Positions 37,232-51,129 of a stretch of 64,000 bases of DNA are shown here, piece after piece. The translations under genes were made by a program, and so were the position numbers. The stretch covers positions 40,486,001 through 40,550,000 of the forward strand of contig OX597815.1 in assembly GCA_951406725.2 (NCBI GenBank), given 5' to 3'. The notes below the pieces were generated by a model that was given only the letters and a program-made list of their open reading frames with translations, ran no database searches and had not been told where the DNA came from. Positions within the stretch are counted from its first letter, which is position 1, and the number at the start of each line of letters is the position of its first letter. The DNA is from Octopus vulgaris. Its lineage: Eukaryota.

Positions 37232-38369
37232 TTAAAATGATATATAAACACATTGTGAATAAAATAGGGCTTAATCATAAAAATACCAAATCTTTTATAG
37301 AAAAAACATTGCAAAATAAAAAAATAATTATTATATTTATCTTTTTTTTTAATGCAACAACTCAGTACAAACATTTTAGTTTATCTACATGACTAAACAC
37401 ACACAATTATATGAAATTTTTTAAATATCATTAATTTGTTTCTTGTGTTCATTTAACACCTACACCTTCACATCCACACATATATACTGAGGCAAAACTA
37501 ATTACAATGAACCAAATATGGCCAAAATAATAGGAGCAAATTAGAAGGTAGGTAGCCCAACAAAATCAGAAATTGTTTTTACAAGATACAATTTTACTTT
37601 ACTATTTCTTTATCTCCATGTTAAGGGGAATTTTGTCTACTCTGATTCAGGTATGTAAAGTTTATTGCAACTAATACTAAAAAACTCTCCCAAATGCTAA
37701 CTATTGATAAAAATTAACACAATCTTGTCCAAAGGATTGAGTAAAGCTTTCCAAAACAAGGTTAGGTTTGAACTTATGATATTGTGGTCACTAGATACTG
37801 TTGAGAATGCAAACAGTTATTGTGTAATATGAAAGTGCGCAATAAAAATACTTGTTAAATATATAAATAGCCAAAAATAACATTTTTATAATATTTGTTC
37901 AAACTTAATCCTATAATATATGAAAGAAAAAGTTAAAATGTGGCAAAAAAAAGTTAAAGTGCTAATTAAAAGTAAACAATAATTAGCTGAATTAGCATAA
38001 AACACATGTCAAAAAATATTGCCTTTGGCTTAAAATATTTATACAATTTTCCAAATATACACTGTGTGTGTGTGTGTGTGTGTTCAACTTTCATTTGTAT
38101 ATTTATGCTTCACATTCTAGTTGCAGGTTGTGACCTGACTGGAAGTGAAATTAAACAGGTTATAATATCCATACTGTGATAATGGTGATGAGACACACAA
38201 GCTCTAAAAAATTTTTTAACATCTTGATACGGCAGCAGAATTTTTAAAAAAAGTTTTTTTCCCATAGATAAATTCACTCCCCTCATATAGGTTGGAAGTA
38301 TGAGCAATTTCTTTCTTATATATAAATAGATTTTATATTTTTTTTTAATGTTACAAGCATTTAAATCTA

Positions 38370-38514
38370 CAGTTCTATATTTAAGAGATGAGGAATTATG
38401 TACATTATTTACATTCGATGGATATTTGTCCTCATCTTGTTTGTTGTTAACACGTTTCGGTTGATTTACCCTTCAGCCTTCTTCAGGTGTCTTGGGGTTA
38501 TTTCAAACCTGGGT
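38370..38514 (-). mobile_element. Partial arm of the hammerhead-bearing element
   Basis: Minus strand reads GACACCTGAAGAAGGCTGAAGGGTAAATCAACCGAAACGTGTT plus the family tail. Confidence 0.8.
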
Positions 38515-39099
38515 CCCACAGAAAGCCCCACAGAAAGCTAAAACCTACTGATATTGAGAAGCACAAGATGATAAAATGATTTTAACTTCAACAGAATCTG
38601 TCCATAGATTACTTTATCAACTTTGCAGACATTAACTGTCATAGTCACCATTTATTCTCAATTCTTCCTTCCACTACAATTATCTTCAATATTCTCTTAT
38701 AGATAAACCTTTCTGACCCTGATAACTACTATCCTATTGCATTCATGTCCTCTTTCTACTCTTCAGATCAGCACAAAATTGAAGTATTTGGAGACTTTAT
38801 TTCCAATAGCATCAATATTCTGCAATGTATATTTTGACTATAACTTTCAACAATGACTTAATGAAGCTAATCTTTTCCATTCAGAAACAGATCTTAACTA
38901 TTTCAAGAGTAGAGGAACTAAAAAAAAAAAAACAATGTCTAGATCAAAGTGCTGGTATTTTTCCAGTAAACCAGTGAAGATGTCTGATAAGGATTTTCTT
39001 ATAATTATCTAACATGGCAAAAGACTTTGTCCTCCTAGTAACAAAATAAACAGTGTTTTGTATCCTTGGAGATGAATCTGTAAAAACAAAAACTCACTT

Positions 39100-40950
39100 A
39101 TCTCCAACAATCAAACTATGATCCAACAATCAATAAAAAAAATATTTGACATTTTGTAGCAAGTAATTGATGAGTTTTCAATTCTGAAATTGAATTTGCA
39201 ATTTAACTGGAGTTCACAAATGTGGCAAATTGTCTTCAGTTACTTGTATTTGCTTAGAATATAAGTAATAAAGGCATTACAGAAGAGTTGTTGATGAATA
39301 CAGCACTAAAAGCAACAACTGAAGCAGACATAATTGAAAGGATAGATTAATTTTTCAAACAACATGGTTTAAAATGGGTTTAATCTAAAAGCACAAATGA
39401 TGGAGTACCAACAATGTTAGGGCAGATGTGTAGCTTCTTCAGAGATCATGTCATGGAAATAACTGTTCACATTATGTTTATGAATTATAAACACATTATG
39501 AATTACATGGTTTTATAAGGTGAATGATCCAATGTATTATCGCTGGTGGTTAACTATGTAAACTCCTAGCAACTGGTTATTAAAACAGCTATCTGAAGAT
39601 GGTGGTGATGCCCAAATTTGGTGGTGGATAAATTTATAATGACCTACATCAGGAATACTAAAAACTGCAGTTTAACATCACAGTTAAGCAGTTCATTAGA
39701 TGTAAATATACTTTAGTATGTTAAATATCAGATGAATTTTTCTAATTAGGCTCCAGTGCTGGTGGCACATAAAAAAGCACCATCCGAACGTGGCCGTTGC
39801 CAGCGCCACCTTGGCTGGCTTCCGTGCTGGTGGCACGTTAAAAGCTCCAACCGATCGTGGCTGATGCCGGACACCCCTGGCACCTGTGCAGGTGGCACGT
39901 AAAAAGCACCCACTACTCTCGCGGAGTGGTTGGCGTTAGGAAGGGCATCCAGCTGTAGAAACTCTGCCAGATCAGACTGGAGCCTGGTGCAGCCCCTGGC
40001 TTCCCAGACCCCGGTCGAACCGTCCAACCCATGCTAGCACGGAAAACGGATGTTAAACGACGATGATGATGATGTGTACAACATACGTTATTGAAATGTC
40101 TTGAATTTTTATTGTAGTTATTCCATACTGGCTTTCCCAGGGGAAATGTCACAAAATGTGTTTGAGCTTTGAAGATAGCTGGAAAAGTTGCAACACTTTA
40201 ACAAACACAAAGATGTTCTTGCTTCCTTCAAAGATCACTTCTTGACTGAATTTTGCTTTCCCCATTTTAAACCATGTTGTATTATTGATATCTTTGACGT
40301 TCTAAAATATGCTAAACCAGAGTCGTCAATAAAGAGATGCAACAGTGTGAATTTATACTTAAGCTCAGAACATATATTGCAAAACTATGCCTGTGGAAAG
40401 GAAATATTCAATTTGATACTTAGGCTATGGCAATGTTTATTACTGTCACAGAATTTCTAAATCACAATCAATAATGTATGATATATATGATATATTAATG
40501 TTTGATATATATGATATATTAATCACTGAGTATCTTACGAAACTGGAAAAAGAAAACATATATTTCCCAAATTTTGGTGACAATTTTTTTTTTTTTTTAA
40601 ATCCTTTCACTTCAGAAGGCGGTAACAGATATGCAAGAGGAGACAAATCTTCAATATGATGATTCTGCAGGTGAGATATTTTCTGAGAAGAATTTGTGTG
40701 ATTTTTAACTTTGGATGCAAAACTCATCCATACAGATTGGAAAACCCTTCATTGAGTAAAATAAGGAGCAAGCTGTTGGTTTCAAATCTAAAAGCAGATG
40801 TACAACTTTTGTTTGTTAGCTATGCCCAGTTGAAGCATTTCATCAGCCCTCTTGGCTATTAATTCTGACTTCACTAATCTGAACATCAGTGGGGTTATTT
40901 ATGCTTTACCACAAACTTTTCAGTATCAACATTGATGGTGAGTCCGTGCA
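39100..40950 (+). mobile_element. Old hAT (Buster/Charlie-like) transposase remnant; boundaries approximate
   Basis: Remnant peptides HGLKW...NDGVPTMLG, WLSQGKC, DIFDVL, EFILKLRTYIAKLCLWKGNI, DMQEE..LQYDDSA. Confidence 0.65.
39747..40075 (+). mobile_element. RTE 3'-end fragment (young-looking), inserted in the hAT remnant
   Basis: CpG-rich copy of the LINE 3' UTR with (TGA)n tail. Confidence 0.85.
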
Positions 40951-41138
40951 TAATAAATACTATCTGAATATAAAAATCTCCTTCTTTATTATCATTTTAA
41001 ATACTGCAATTCAAATGGAATGCTTCAATATAATTTCATGTCACTCTTTGTTTTCTCACACTTTGGGAAAACTCCTCAAAAGTTTTCACATGAAAAACAA
41101 AATTTAACCATACAACACTAACTTCAACAATGTGTGTG

Positions 41139-41191
<53 letters not shown>

Positions 41192-41480
41192 AACAACTTG
41201 AGTAGATATAAATCTGGAAAGTTTTATTGATTTCAAGCAATGGTCATAAAACAAGCTTCACACAAGGCAGTTGCACCAAAGCCCATCAGAAGAAAGTATC
41301 TTAAATATAATTATAAAACAATTGGAAAATATAAATGAATTCCCTAACATTGCTGTGAAGCATGCAAAAAAGCCTGACCTATTTTGTAAAGGATAATGTG
41401 AATAATTCATGCTTCACATGAAGATCATTACAATAGCAGCTGAGAGAAACAAAACAATACCAACAGTAACTAACACTTAC

Positions 41481-41489
41481 GGTAGAGTC
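41481..41489 (-). CDS. CLEC16A: Candidate 9-nt microexon of CLEC16A (GACTCTACC)
   Basis: tttaactttctactctgcacttattactttcag|GACTCTACC|gtaagt; frame-preserving in a phase-1 intron. Confidence 0.65.
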
Positions 41490-44400
41490 CTGAAAGTAAT
41501 AAGTGCAGAGTAGAAAGTTAAATAAAGAGAAAAGTTCTTTTGTAATTTAGAAAAGGACTTAGTAAATATATAATAAAAGAAGTATATATCAAGTCTGTTT
41601 TGGAATAATATTGTATATTCTCTGTAATACTTACAAAACCACTATGTAAACAAATGTCTAAAATACAAACTAACAGGGAATATACACCTTCCATTCTTTA
41701 TATTTTCCTACTTACTTTCTGCTTAATTTCAATGTTCCTCCCAGGAAAAATTTTTTTCAATTCATAATAGTCTCCTATTTCATAATAGTCTCTCTATTTC
41801 CTTGCTATTCAAAACCAAAGTAATCTTCTTCGTTGTGCTACTAAATTTGTAGGTAAATCCACAGACATTGCATGAAGTTTGTGCCACGGCTGCCATGGCC
41901 ATAATCTCCACACACTGTAATATCATCAAACTTAGAGATTCCCTACAAAATCATTGTATTTCTTGCTTTAATAATAACTTTAACATCTACCTCTCAGTTG
42001 GTTCTCACAAGGACCTTACAAAACTGGTCCATGTGTTCATCTGACAATCCTATTGGCTTACATGTATTCCTGTAGACATTGCATTCCTTTAAATAGCCTA
42101 ATAAATATAATTTTATACCTAACTACAGCAACTGTATCTATTCCTCTGCAAAATGTGCATCAGTTTGGATGATAAATCTCCATTTCACTCACAGCATACA
42201 ATACGCCAACATTTTACTACTACTATTTCCATGCCTCTAGCTTGTATCTAGATTTATATTAATTAATCAAAGATCAATTAAATGAAAAGAGTACTTTTTA
42301 AAATATAGTATTGATAATTAAGAAAAGGAAGAAATTATGGATAATATAAGTGCCAACATAAACTCATGCTTTTTAAAGAAATAAACATATGTGAGAGAGA
42401 ATAATTTTGGTTTTGTAAAATAACAAAGAAAATAATTTAATTTACTAATTTAATTGATTTTTAAAAAAAAGGTGTAATCTAATTCTGCATAAATTTATAA
42501 TAACTTATTGTGATTATTAAAAATGCATTTTAATATCACTCTTAAGCAATTTATTAGAGCTAAACATGAGATGATTTAAATATGAGATGATTTTCAAATT
42601 AGTTCTACAAGCTTGAAACCTAGAAGAGACTTTCTCACTAAGACTGAGCTATAAATAAGTAGTTGTTTTATTCACAACTCATTTTATTCAGAAGATTTGT
42701 CTCCTTTTCATTTGATGCTACTGACAGAGTAGCATCAAATAGTTACAAAGGTTCATGTAACTATCACCATAATTTTGTTTTATTAACATAATTTTGTTTA
42801 AACATCACACAAATATCAATTTTTGTCAGGTGCAGATGACAAATGCTAATTTGATAAAGTCTTTGGAAATATCTGAATTACATTATACACAAAAACGTGC
42901 ATAAAGACAAAAAGATGGAAACAGCCAATATCAAAACAGAGTCTAAACTCTAAAACTGGAAAGCACACCTATAATCATTAAAGCAGAAGGGGTTTTATCA
43001 TGACATTTTGAGCAAGACAGAAAACACGGTGATGACAAACAGGCACACAGACGAATACAAATTAATAAACTGAATTAGAGACAAGAACTGAGAGGCTTCC
43101 CTACCATCTGTACATCATTAGCCAAGTGTCAGGGCATGGAAATAATACAGATTGAATAATTCAGAATAATACAGAGTTAATTACTGGAAATAAAATATTT
43201 GCTTTCAAACTTTAACCTGAAAGAAATTATCTTTTAAAAGTTGATTCAATATAACAACAATCAAATATATAAGTAAAAGTTGCAAATGAAAATAGTTTTT
43301 GTTTTTTGGGTTATTCTGTTAAGAAAGTTATATTAAGTCACCAGTAATTTTTAAAATATTGCAATATCATAGTAATCTTTATGATAAATTAATTTCTTAC
43401 AGCAGGTGCTTTGCAGCCTAATTATCAAAACTTCACTATGTTCAATGCTTGAATATAGCCTAAATTTTGTAATTTTTAATAGAAAGTTTTTACAATAATA
43501 GTCCTACATAAATCAATAACAGTTTCTGGTTGCAGAAAAGTTGCACCCTCAAAGCATAACCAAAGATTGCATAGGTACTATCAGAGGCTATCAGATAATC
43601 AAGGATTATCACCATAAAGTTGCAACTCAAAATTATGTAGAAATAATCAGAAACTATGTCTACATACAAAGTGGAATCACTGTCTGATGAATATCAAAAT
43701 GATATAAGATTACAAAAAAAAACTATTACAATAAAAAATTATATTTCTAAAGACAAATCTTTTATAAAATGCTTCCATAGGGCAAGATATGTTCTGGCAC
43801 TCCAGTTCTCTGGTTAGGTCAACCATCATTACTTCCAGATTACCTCCAGATTGTTCTATATTACTATCAAGCAAGACACTAATTGATAACATTTGACAAC
43901 AGATTATCATTATTCCTTCTTATTACATACCTATTCAAATTTAAATTCTCTTCATATACAAATCACTGTTCACCCTATTTTTTGCTAAATTTCTATAACA
44001 TATTTTTTGTTTAGCACAATCCCTGCTATGCTAAAAATAAAAACAACCATGTCCATTAAGTATTAATTGATTCTTTGTTTTGCATTAAAAAGCTCAAATA
44101 ACAAAACTTCATCATAGCTTATTATTGTAATTGTACATTTTAAACATTGCTAGTAAACTAAAGTGTTTTCCTCTTTTGCTAGGTTTGTTAAGAGCACACT
44201 AAACAGGTTTCGTCTCAAATTCTTGTGAATTTGCTAGTTAACACTGTCTATAATATAGTATAGACAACACCAATAAGAGTTCAATCTTCTGAATTTTAAG
44301 GCTATAATCCTAACAAAAATTACAAAATTGAATCCAAAAACACTTGGGTAATTTTTTTTAGGCTTTAAATATAAACTAAACTTTAAGAAAATATGTCATT

Positions 44401-45337
44401 ATCATCATCGTTTAACGTCTGTTTCTCATGCTAGTATGGGTTGGACAGTTCGACCGGGGTCTAGGAAGCCAGGAGGCTGCATCAGGTTACAGACATTAAT
44501 TTATTCAGTAACTTTAAATATTTTCTAATTCAAAAACAGTAGGCTGTCTGGGATCTGTAGCCCTGGAAGGCAACCAGACAAGAAGGTCAACTCCAAGCAT
44601 ACACATTCACTGCTTGTAAGTGCTAAGGGAGTCAATCCTAACAGTAAGTCAATTCTGATGAGAACTCGGGTTGCACTGATCTCATTCCTACTGAAGACGA
44701 ATGGTGGTTGTACCTAAAGCCCCTCAGCCTTAACCTTAAGGATGGCAATATCCCTTCATTCATTCATTTCAAAAACACCTGTACTAATAGCAGTTAAATA
44801 AGAACAATTCTACAATGCTGACTTTCTCTTAATGTAAAATCCATAATGGAGAAGAAAATTTTAGAAAGGATATTTTTTCACATGCTATCATCACTCTTAA
44901 TAAGACATTCTAATTTATTGTATAATATAGAGTAAAGTACATTTTATTCTAAATTACTATTTCATTATTAGTAGCATTGTTACATATCCAAAGACTAGAT
45001 TGCATTTGTCTGTCACATTTCTGACAATAACAATATTTACTTGCAAAGTTTTTACCAAGATAATAATGTAAAAAATGGAGGGTAATAGTATCATTTTTTT
45101 CTGTCAGAATTTGAAAGCACAGCAATGTGGGCTTTTTTTAAAAATCTATTTTGTTATACTTATTGATGTAATGTTCAACTATTTAACGAGTTAACAGGAA
45201 TCAAATATTTTCTGCACTAATATTCTGTTTAAATTAAAAAACAATACAAACTAAAAGGCTTGAGAATATACATATATTAAAACATATTTATAAATACATA
45301 TGCATCAGTGAAAACAATGTTTATAACATCAATATAT

Positions 45338-45738
45338 AGGCATAGGAGTGGCTGTGTGGTAAATAGCTTGCTAACCAACCACATGGTTCCAGGTTCAGTC
45401 CTACTGCGTAGGCACCTTGGGCAAGTGTCTTCTACTATAGCCTCAGGCCGACCAAAGCCTTCTGAGTGGATTTGGTAGATGGAAACTGAAAGAAGCTTGC
45501 CATATATATACATATATGTATGTGTGTGTATATGTTTGTGTGTCTGTGTTTGTCCCCCCAACATCACTTGACAACCGATGCTGGCGTGTTTACGTCCCCA
45601 TAACTTAGCAGATCGGCAAAAGAGACCGATAGAATAAGTACTAGGCTTACAAAGAATAAGGCCTGGGATCAATTTGCTCAACTAAAAGGCAGTGCTCCAG
45701 CATGGCCACAGTCAAATGACTGAAACAAGTAAAAGAGT
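45338..45738 (+). mobile_element. Full-length tRNA-derived SINE (family A)
   Basis: A box TGGCTGTGTGG, B-box-like GGTTCAGTCC, internal (TA/TG)n, tail GACTGAAACAAGTAAAAGAG. Confidence 0.85.
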
Positions 45739-46241
45739 CGTATTAACAAAATATATAGTCAATGTTGCAAAAATATTAATGTTTCCAAATGAATATTTTT
45801 GTCAGATCTAAGTTTTAAACTTGATAAGTTAGTTTGTTCATTGGGAGTTCTATGTCACTAACAAGTTCTATAATGGTTACAGCTCTGCTTGAAGACTGAT
45901 CCAATAAGTTCTTCAAACTTGCAATGTCAATGTGCCATGGTTTGCTGTTATGAGTTCAATATTATTTTACAGTGAAGTTATATATATTTTCACATTCTGA
46001 ACTGCTTTCTAACTCTACTACAAGGCATTCCATGTAACTTAGAAAAATCTAGTAATATATAAATGCCGACATGATTTTATTTTTTAAACCCTATAACAAG
46101 TACTCTTAATAAGTGTTTCAAGCATAATCTCAAAGAAGAAAACCAACAAACTAATTTAAGAAAGATTGTTTTCTTCAGTTAATTCAAAATTTTTTTTCTG
46201 TTTATAACAAAATTTAAATATTTTAAAGGATATTCACATAC

Positions 46242-46342
46242 CTTCATTGTGTCCCATTGCATATAGTAAACACAAAGCAAATAAAGTCTCATAGTCATTT
46301 TCATTGCATTCTAAGGCATTGAATATGGCTTCCAAATATGGT
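46242..46342 (-). CDS. CLEC16A: CLEC16A exon (RPYLEAIFNALECNENDYETLFALCLLYAMGHNE)
   Basis: tatttcag| acceptor, G|gtatgt donor, 101 nt, phase 2-1; conserved peptide. Confidence 0.95.
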
Positions 46343-46525
46343 CTGAAATATAAATAAAGATTAATGTTTGATAAATTTATATCTAAATTTTTTTCCTATA
46401 CTAACATCTGTTGGCTATTTCAGTTAATACAAGTATGCATGGATCCAGTTGACATCATCAAAGGAATTTAGTCTTTTTCTTCAGGTGTGCCTAAGACAAC
46501 ACTGTTAAATGTCCTTCTTTATAGA

Positions 46526-47248
46526 CCCTTAGTTCCCAAACTTTTTCAAAATTTTCATCCTACAGACCCCCTCCCATTTTTTCAAAGCTTCACAGACCCC
46601 CACCCATACTCCAAAATGAAAAAAATCAGAAGACAAACAAAGCAAAGTGACCTTTGTATGAAATAATTTTTCATGAGATAAAATTTTACTGGAAAAGATA
46701 ATGGCATGGCACTCTAGTGTAACTACCACAGAGTTAATACAACACAGTCATTGAAGGAGATTCATGTGCCACTAAGTCATTAATAAGAAACGTCATTAAT
46801 ATGACAGTAATTGCAAGCTAAGTTCAGCAAAAGATATGTTCTGGTAGACCAAGTTCCTCAATTCACTGAGTTAAGACTCCACTGAAAATGTCATCTTTTC
46901 ACAGTGTATCTGAAGCAAGAGAGCTTGATATGACACATTTCACTAAGTTATATCAGCAAATACACTGTAAGCTAATGAAACATGCCAATAAATTTCATAG
47001 CTACATTGTTGTTGAGAATGTTAAGTTTGTTCTTACTGTGTGGTTACTATTTACAGTTAGATAAACAGGGCCCATTCCACTGGCTCGAGGAACCCCTGTG
47101 CAATAATTTAATAGTCTTATGCACACATATCTGCACAGGAGACTTAAAAATTACTGCCGATTTTAGCATTTTTGTAACTTCTTGTGGAACCCCTGCACTG
47201 TACTGGCGGAACCCTAAGGTTCCGCGGAACCCTGGTTGAAAACCACTG
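46526..47248 (+). mobile_element. hAT-like non-autonomous remnant
   Basis: Right end GGAACCCTGGTTGAAAACCACTG with subterminal GGAACCC repeats; left end degenerate. Confidence 0.5.
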
Positions 47249-47353
47249 CTCTAGTGTATGTTTTTTATAATTCTCTTCATTGACAGTCAGGCTCAACAGA
47301 TTGATCAAACACAAACAAGAATGGAAAAACACAAAATAAATCAGAATACATAC

Positions 47354-47528
47354 CTGTTGACCAGTGAGAATTCTGCTTGCCTCTGTTCAGCACTGGCACT
47401 ATGCCGTCTTCTATGGCCAAAGCCGTATGAACTAAGTAATTTTTCTTCATCCGTAGAGTTTTGATTTGAACTAGAGATATCTGTGTCCCCAGATATTGCT
47501 TCACTGCTGGGGCTTAAGGCTTCCCCCT
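47354..47528 (-). CDS. CLEC16A: CLEC16A exon (EGEALSPSS...QNSTDEEK...SLVN)
   Basis: ttttatcag| acceptor, AG|gtatgt donor, 175 nt, phase 1-2; contains the conserved N-x-TDEEK motif. Confidence 0.92.
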
Positions 47529-48372
47529 CTGATAAAACAAACAAAAAATTACAATCAAAAATTGCTAAACCACATAGTAGTCAAAAGTCTAAAGAGCATC
47601 TTTAATTACAGTAAAAGGTTAATTCCTGTAGACATTTATAACAGATAACTTTCAATTTCATAATCAAGTCTTATTTCAAATTAAATTTTTTTCAATACTT
47701 ATTTTAACATGTAGTAAGACAAAAAAGAAAATTTTCCAAAGCATTTTAATTATATTTTGCTTTACACAAAAAAGAGAAATCTCCCTAACTCTATAGCATT
47801 TGAACCAGCCATATCAGGCCCAAATATTCTGTTTTGCATCAAGACTGGCCAAACCCATCCTCTCACACTGAACCTACAATGTCAGTCTAAAAATAAGCAA
47901 TACATCTTCAAACTCTCAAAGCTATGAGATAATGCATGATTACTTCAAGACAATGTGCATAATTATTTCATTTGATAGAGTAATCTGAATGCTAAAGGGT
48001 GGAAGTAGTAAAGAACAAAGTCCTGCAACTGACAGAGAAATGGTTGTGCTTGACATGCAGGAAAGGAATAGTTTGAAATTCCATTTGGCATATCCAGTGC
48101 AAACCATGGGTACACAAGAAGTGCAGTGGAATCACAAGCAGATTAGCAGTGAAAGTTGAGTTAAACTTCACCTTCCCCTCCCATTTTTTCATATTATCCC
48201 CACCACCACCACCACTAAGCACACATACATTCTCCCTTATATCACTCTGTGGCCTCCATCATACTTATACTGTCTTCCATTCAATCTCTCAGTTACATTT
48301 ACCTTGAACAAGTGGAAACAATGAAGAGAGGACTCTTTAGTCTTGGAAGGACAAGACAACCTCTTTAGTGCT

Positions 48373-50620
48373 AATAATAATAATAATAATAATAATTGTG
48401 TACAGTGCTCAGGTGCACTACAACTCATCTAAAGTGTATATATAATCAGGTGTAGTTTCGACGGATTTCGGGAAGCATGAGGGCCTTAAAGGATGCAGTG
48501 TCATGGCAGTCAACAACTGATGCAGGCAGTTTATTCCACGCTTCAGCAACCCTGAGCGTGAAAAAATGTTTCCGAAAGTCATGGGAGCTGTGCTGTTTTC
48601 TGACTTTGTAGGCATGTCCACGTGTGTTAGACACATGGAGATCAAAAAGGTGTTCAGTGTTGTTGTTGGTGAGGTGGTTGATAACCTTGTGGGTGTCTAC
48701 CAAGTCCGTCGCCAGACGCCGGAGCTTCAGTGAATCCATGCCCAGGGAAACAAGGCGCTCAGAATATGGTAGGTGTCTGATGGAGGGTATGCGTTTGGTT
48801 GCACGTCTCTGGACAGATTCCAGGAGGTCAATGTTCTGAGCAAGATAGGGATTCCAAACTGATGATGCGAATTCCAAGTGTGGTCGTACCATAGCTGTAT
48901 ACAGTTTTAAATAGATGGCTGGAGAGCAGCTAACAAAAGTCTTGCTGAGTGATGCCAAGACACCCTCGGCCTTCTTGACAATTTTAGAGATATGCTTTGT
49001 CCAACGCAAATCACTGCTGACAGTGATGGCTAGGTCACGCTCGCAAGAGGATTTCTTGATATCAGTGTTGTGGAAGGAGTATGTGGACGCAGGGTTTTTT
49101 CTCCCAAAATGCATGGTGGTACACTTGTCCACAGCCAGTTTCAGTTGCCAGTCTGTGATCCATTGCTGCATTGTGTCTAGGTCTGATTGCAGGAAAGAGT
49201 TGTAGACATCAGGATCAGTCCTCTTGATTTCAAGGTACAGCTTGATGTTGTCTGCATATTTCAATACTGTGGCATTCTTTAAATTGGCATCTATGTCATT
49301 AATGTATGCCACAAACAGGAGGAGACCAAGGACAGATCCCTGTGGTACACCCGATGACATCTCATATGGTGTAGAGTGCTGTCCTAGAACTGTGACTACC
49401 TCCTTTCGGCTGAGGATGAAGGATTTCAACCAGTTAAAAAGGTCATCCCCCACACCCATTGCAGAGAGTTTCACCATAAGCCTTTTGTGTGGCACAGAGT
49501 TGAAAGCCTTAGCAAAGTCAAGGTAGACAACATCCACCCATGAGCCACTGTCAGTGATCTGAGTAATGTCCTCAAGGAACTCGACAAGCTGGTCACTGCA
49601 GCTGGAGTTAGGGACAAATCCATATTGTGAGGGTCGGATGAGACTGTGAGAGCTCCAGAAGTTCCAGAGTGTTTCTCTGACACACGATTCCATCAGTTTT
49701 GCAATACAGCTAGTGAGACTGACTGGGCGATAGTTGACAGGTGATGTGCAGTCACCCTTTTTGAACAGAGGAATGACACTGGCAGTTTTCCACTGCTCCG
49801 GAGTAGCACCATTGTTGAGACAGTACTGGAAGAAAATAGAAAGCTGGTGTAAAAGGAAGTGCCTGCCACGTTTGAGAAGCAGGTATGTAACTCCATCGAG
49901 ACCAGGGGAGGCATAGTTGCGCTTATTTTGAAGGTGACGTCGCAGCATTGCAGGTGTAAATTCCATAGTTGTTATGGAGTTTGCTGTTAGTGATGGTGAA
50001 GATGGTACATTTTGACTTTCGACAGTGAATATGTTTGCATAGCACTCGGCAATGAGTTCTGCGCATTCCTTGGGGTCGTCAGTGATCTGGTTCGTGTGAG
50101 GGTTGCGAAGAGGGCCCACTGGAGAGTGAGGTCTCTGCTTTGAATGCACATATTTCCAAAAAACCTTGCTGTCAGGATTGGCTGCTATGCACTGTTCAAA
50201 TTCAAGCACTGCATTTTTTGTCACTTGCTTGAGATGGTTGGAGGATTTATTCCGCTTCTTCCTGTTGGTGTCTGATTTATGCAACTTGTATTCCTGTTCA
50301 GCAGTCCGACGTTCCTTCCTGGCAAGTCGGACCGCTGAAGTTTCCCAAATTGCCCTTTTGGGGCGGTTCTTCTTTTTTTGTTTACATGGCACTGATGCTG
50401 CACATGCTGCCCATATTGAGTCCAGGATACTCTGGAGTATAGTATTCACATCTCCAGAGTTGTAGAATTCACGCCAGTTTGGGTGCTGTAGTTCAGTGTG
50501 GTACAGGTTCCAATCTGCTCTCTTCCAATCGAAGGAAGCAGATTGGAGATGGTTCAGGTGTTTGTTGCCCGCAAGAGCCAGATTGGCGATGATCATAGCA
50601 TGATCAGAGTCACCTAGAGG
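48373..50620 (-). mobile_element. 5'-truncated CR1/Jockey-group LINE with uninterrupted 716-aa ORF2 part (48446-50596)
   Basis: Endonuclease end SDHAMI; RT motifs YRPVSLTS, YLDFAKAF, SGVPQGSVLG, KYADN; RPHLEFASSVWNPY; (ATT)n tail at 48373-48396. Confidence 0.95.
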
Positions 50621-50930
50621 TTATAATAAAATGTACCTAGTACACAACAAAGTGGAGGCAAGGAATCCAGCCATAGAAACCATGCCACAATGGAACCTAT
50701 GAGTGAGATATGGTCTTCCAAACCATCAGAAGAATACTAACTCTGAATACAAATTAACTCTGACAATACAAGAAGGAAAATGAACACAAAATGACAATGG
50801 TGATGTTAAGACCTGTGAGCTGTGTTCTAAAACACACACTATGTTCTTTGTTCATTATATGCCCCAAAAAATCCCAGTAAATCATATAAATTTTATAAAG
50901 TAGAAATCAAACAAATTACTATTAAATTAC

Positions 50931-51129
50931 CTGTGCCTGTTGAAGGAGAAGATATATCATCCACCTGAACAGCCACTTCTGTTTGTATATAAAATGTAGA
51001 ATTCCCTTCTTGACTGACTTCAAATTCTCCATCAGCATTTGGCATCTGTAATACCCTAAAACGCCTCATACGGTTAACTTCTAGGGTTTTCTCTAAAGGT
51101 TCTTCTGGAGCTGAGAATTCTCTTACTTT
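50931..51129 (-). CDS. CLEC16A: CLEC16A exon (KVREFSAPEEPLEKTLEVNR...SSPSTGT)
   Basis: tttttacag| acceptor, G|gtaatt donor, 199 nt, phase 0-1; resembles the RCFIKPTETLERSLE region. Confidence 0.9.

Noticed and set aside
38943-40390. Minus-strand acceptors at ~39078 and ~40391 followed by short frames ending in stops
   Set aside because: They lie in or next to the antisense strand of the hAT remnant and are likely chance sites.
40616-40670. Plus-strand exon-like segment (ttcag|...GCAG|gtgaga) suggesting a nested antisense gene
   Set aside because: Its peptide DMQEETNLQYDDSA fits in order with the surrounding hAT transposase remnant, and no coherent partner exons were found.
43105-43216. Minus-strand acceptor and donor pair (tttcag|GTTAA...GATG|gtaggg)
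   Set aside because: Stop codon straight after the junction in phase 1; no other support.
44655-44705. CTGATGA and CTGAAGA heptamers resembling hammerhead cores
   Set aside because: No downstream GAAA with closing stem II or stem I pairing.
48624-50465. Several plus-strand ORFs of 60-100 aa
   Set aside because: Antisense shadows of the LINE ORF2.
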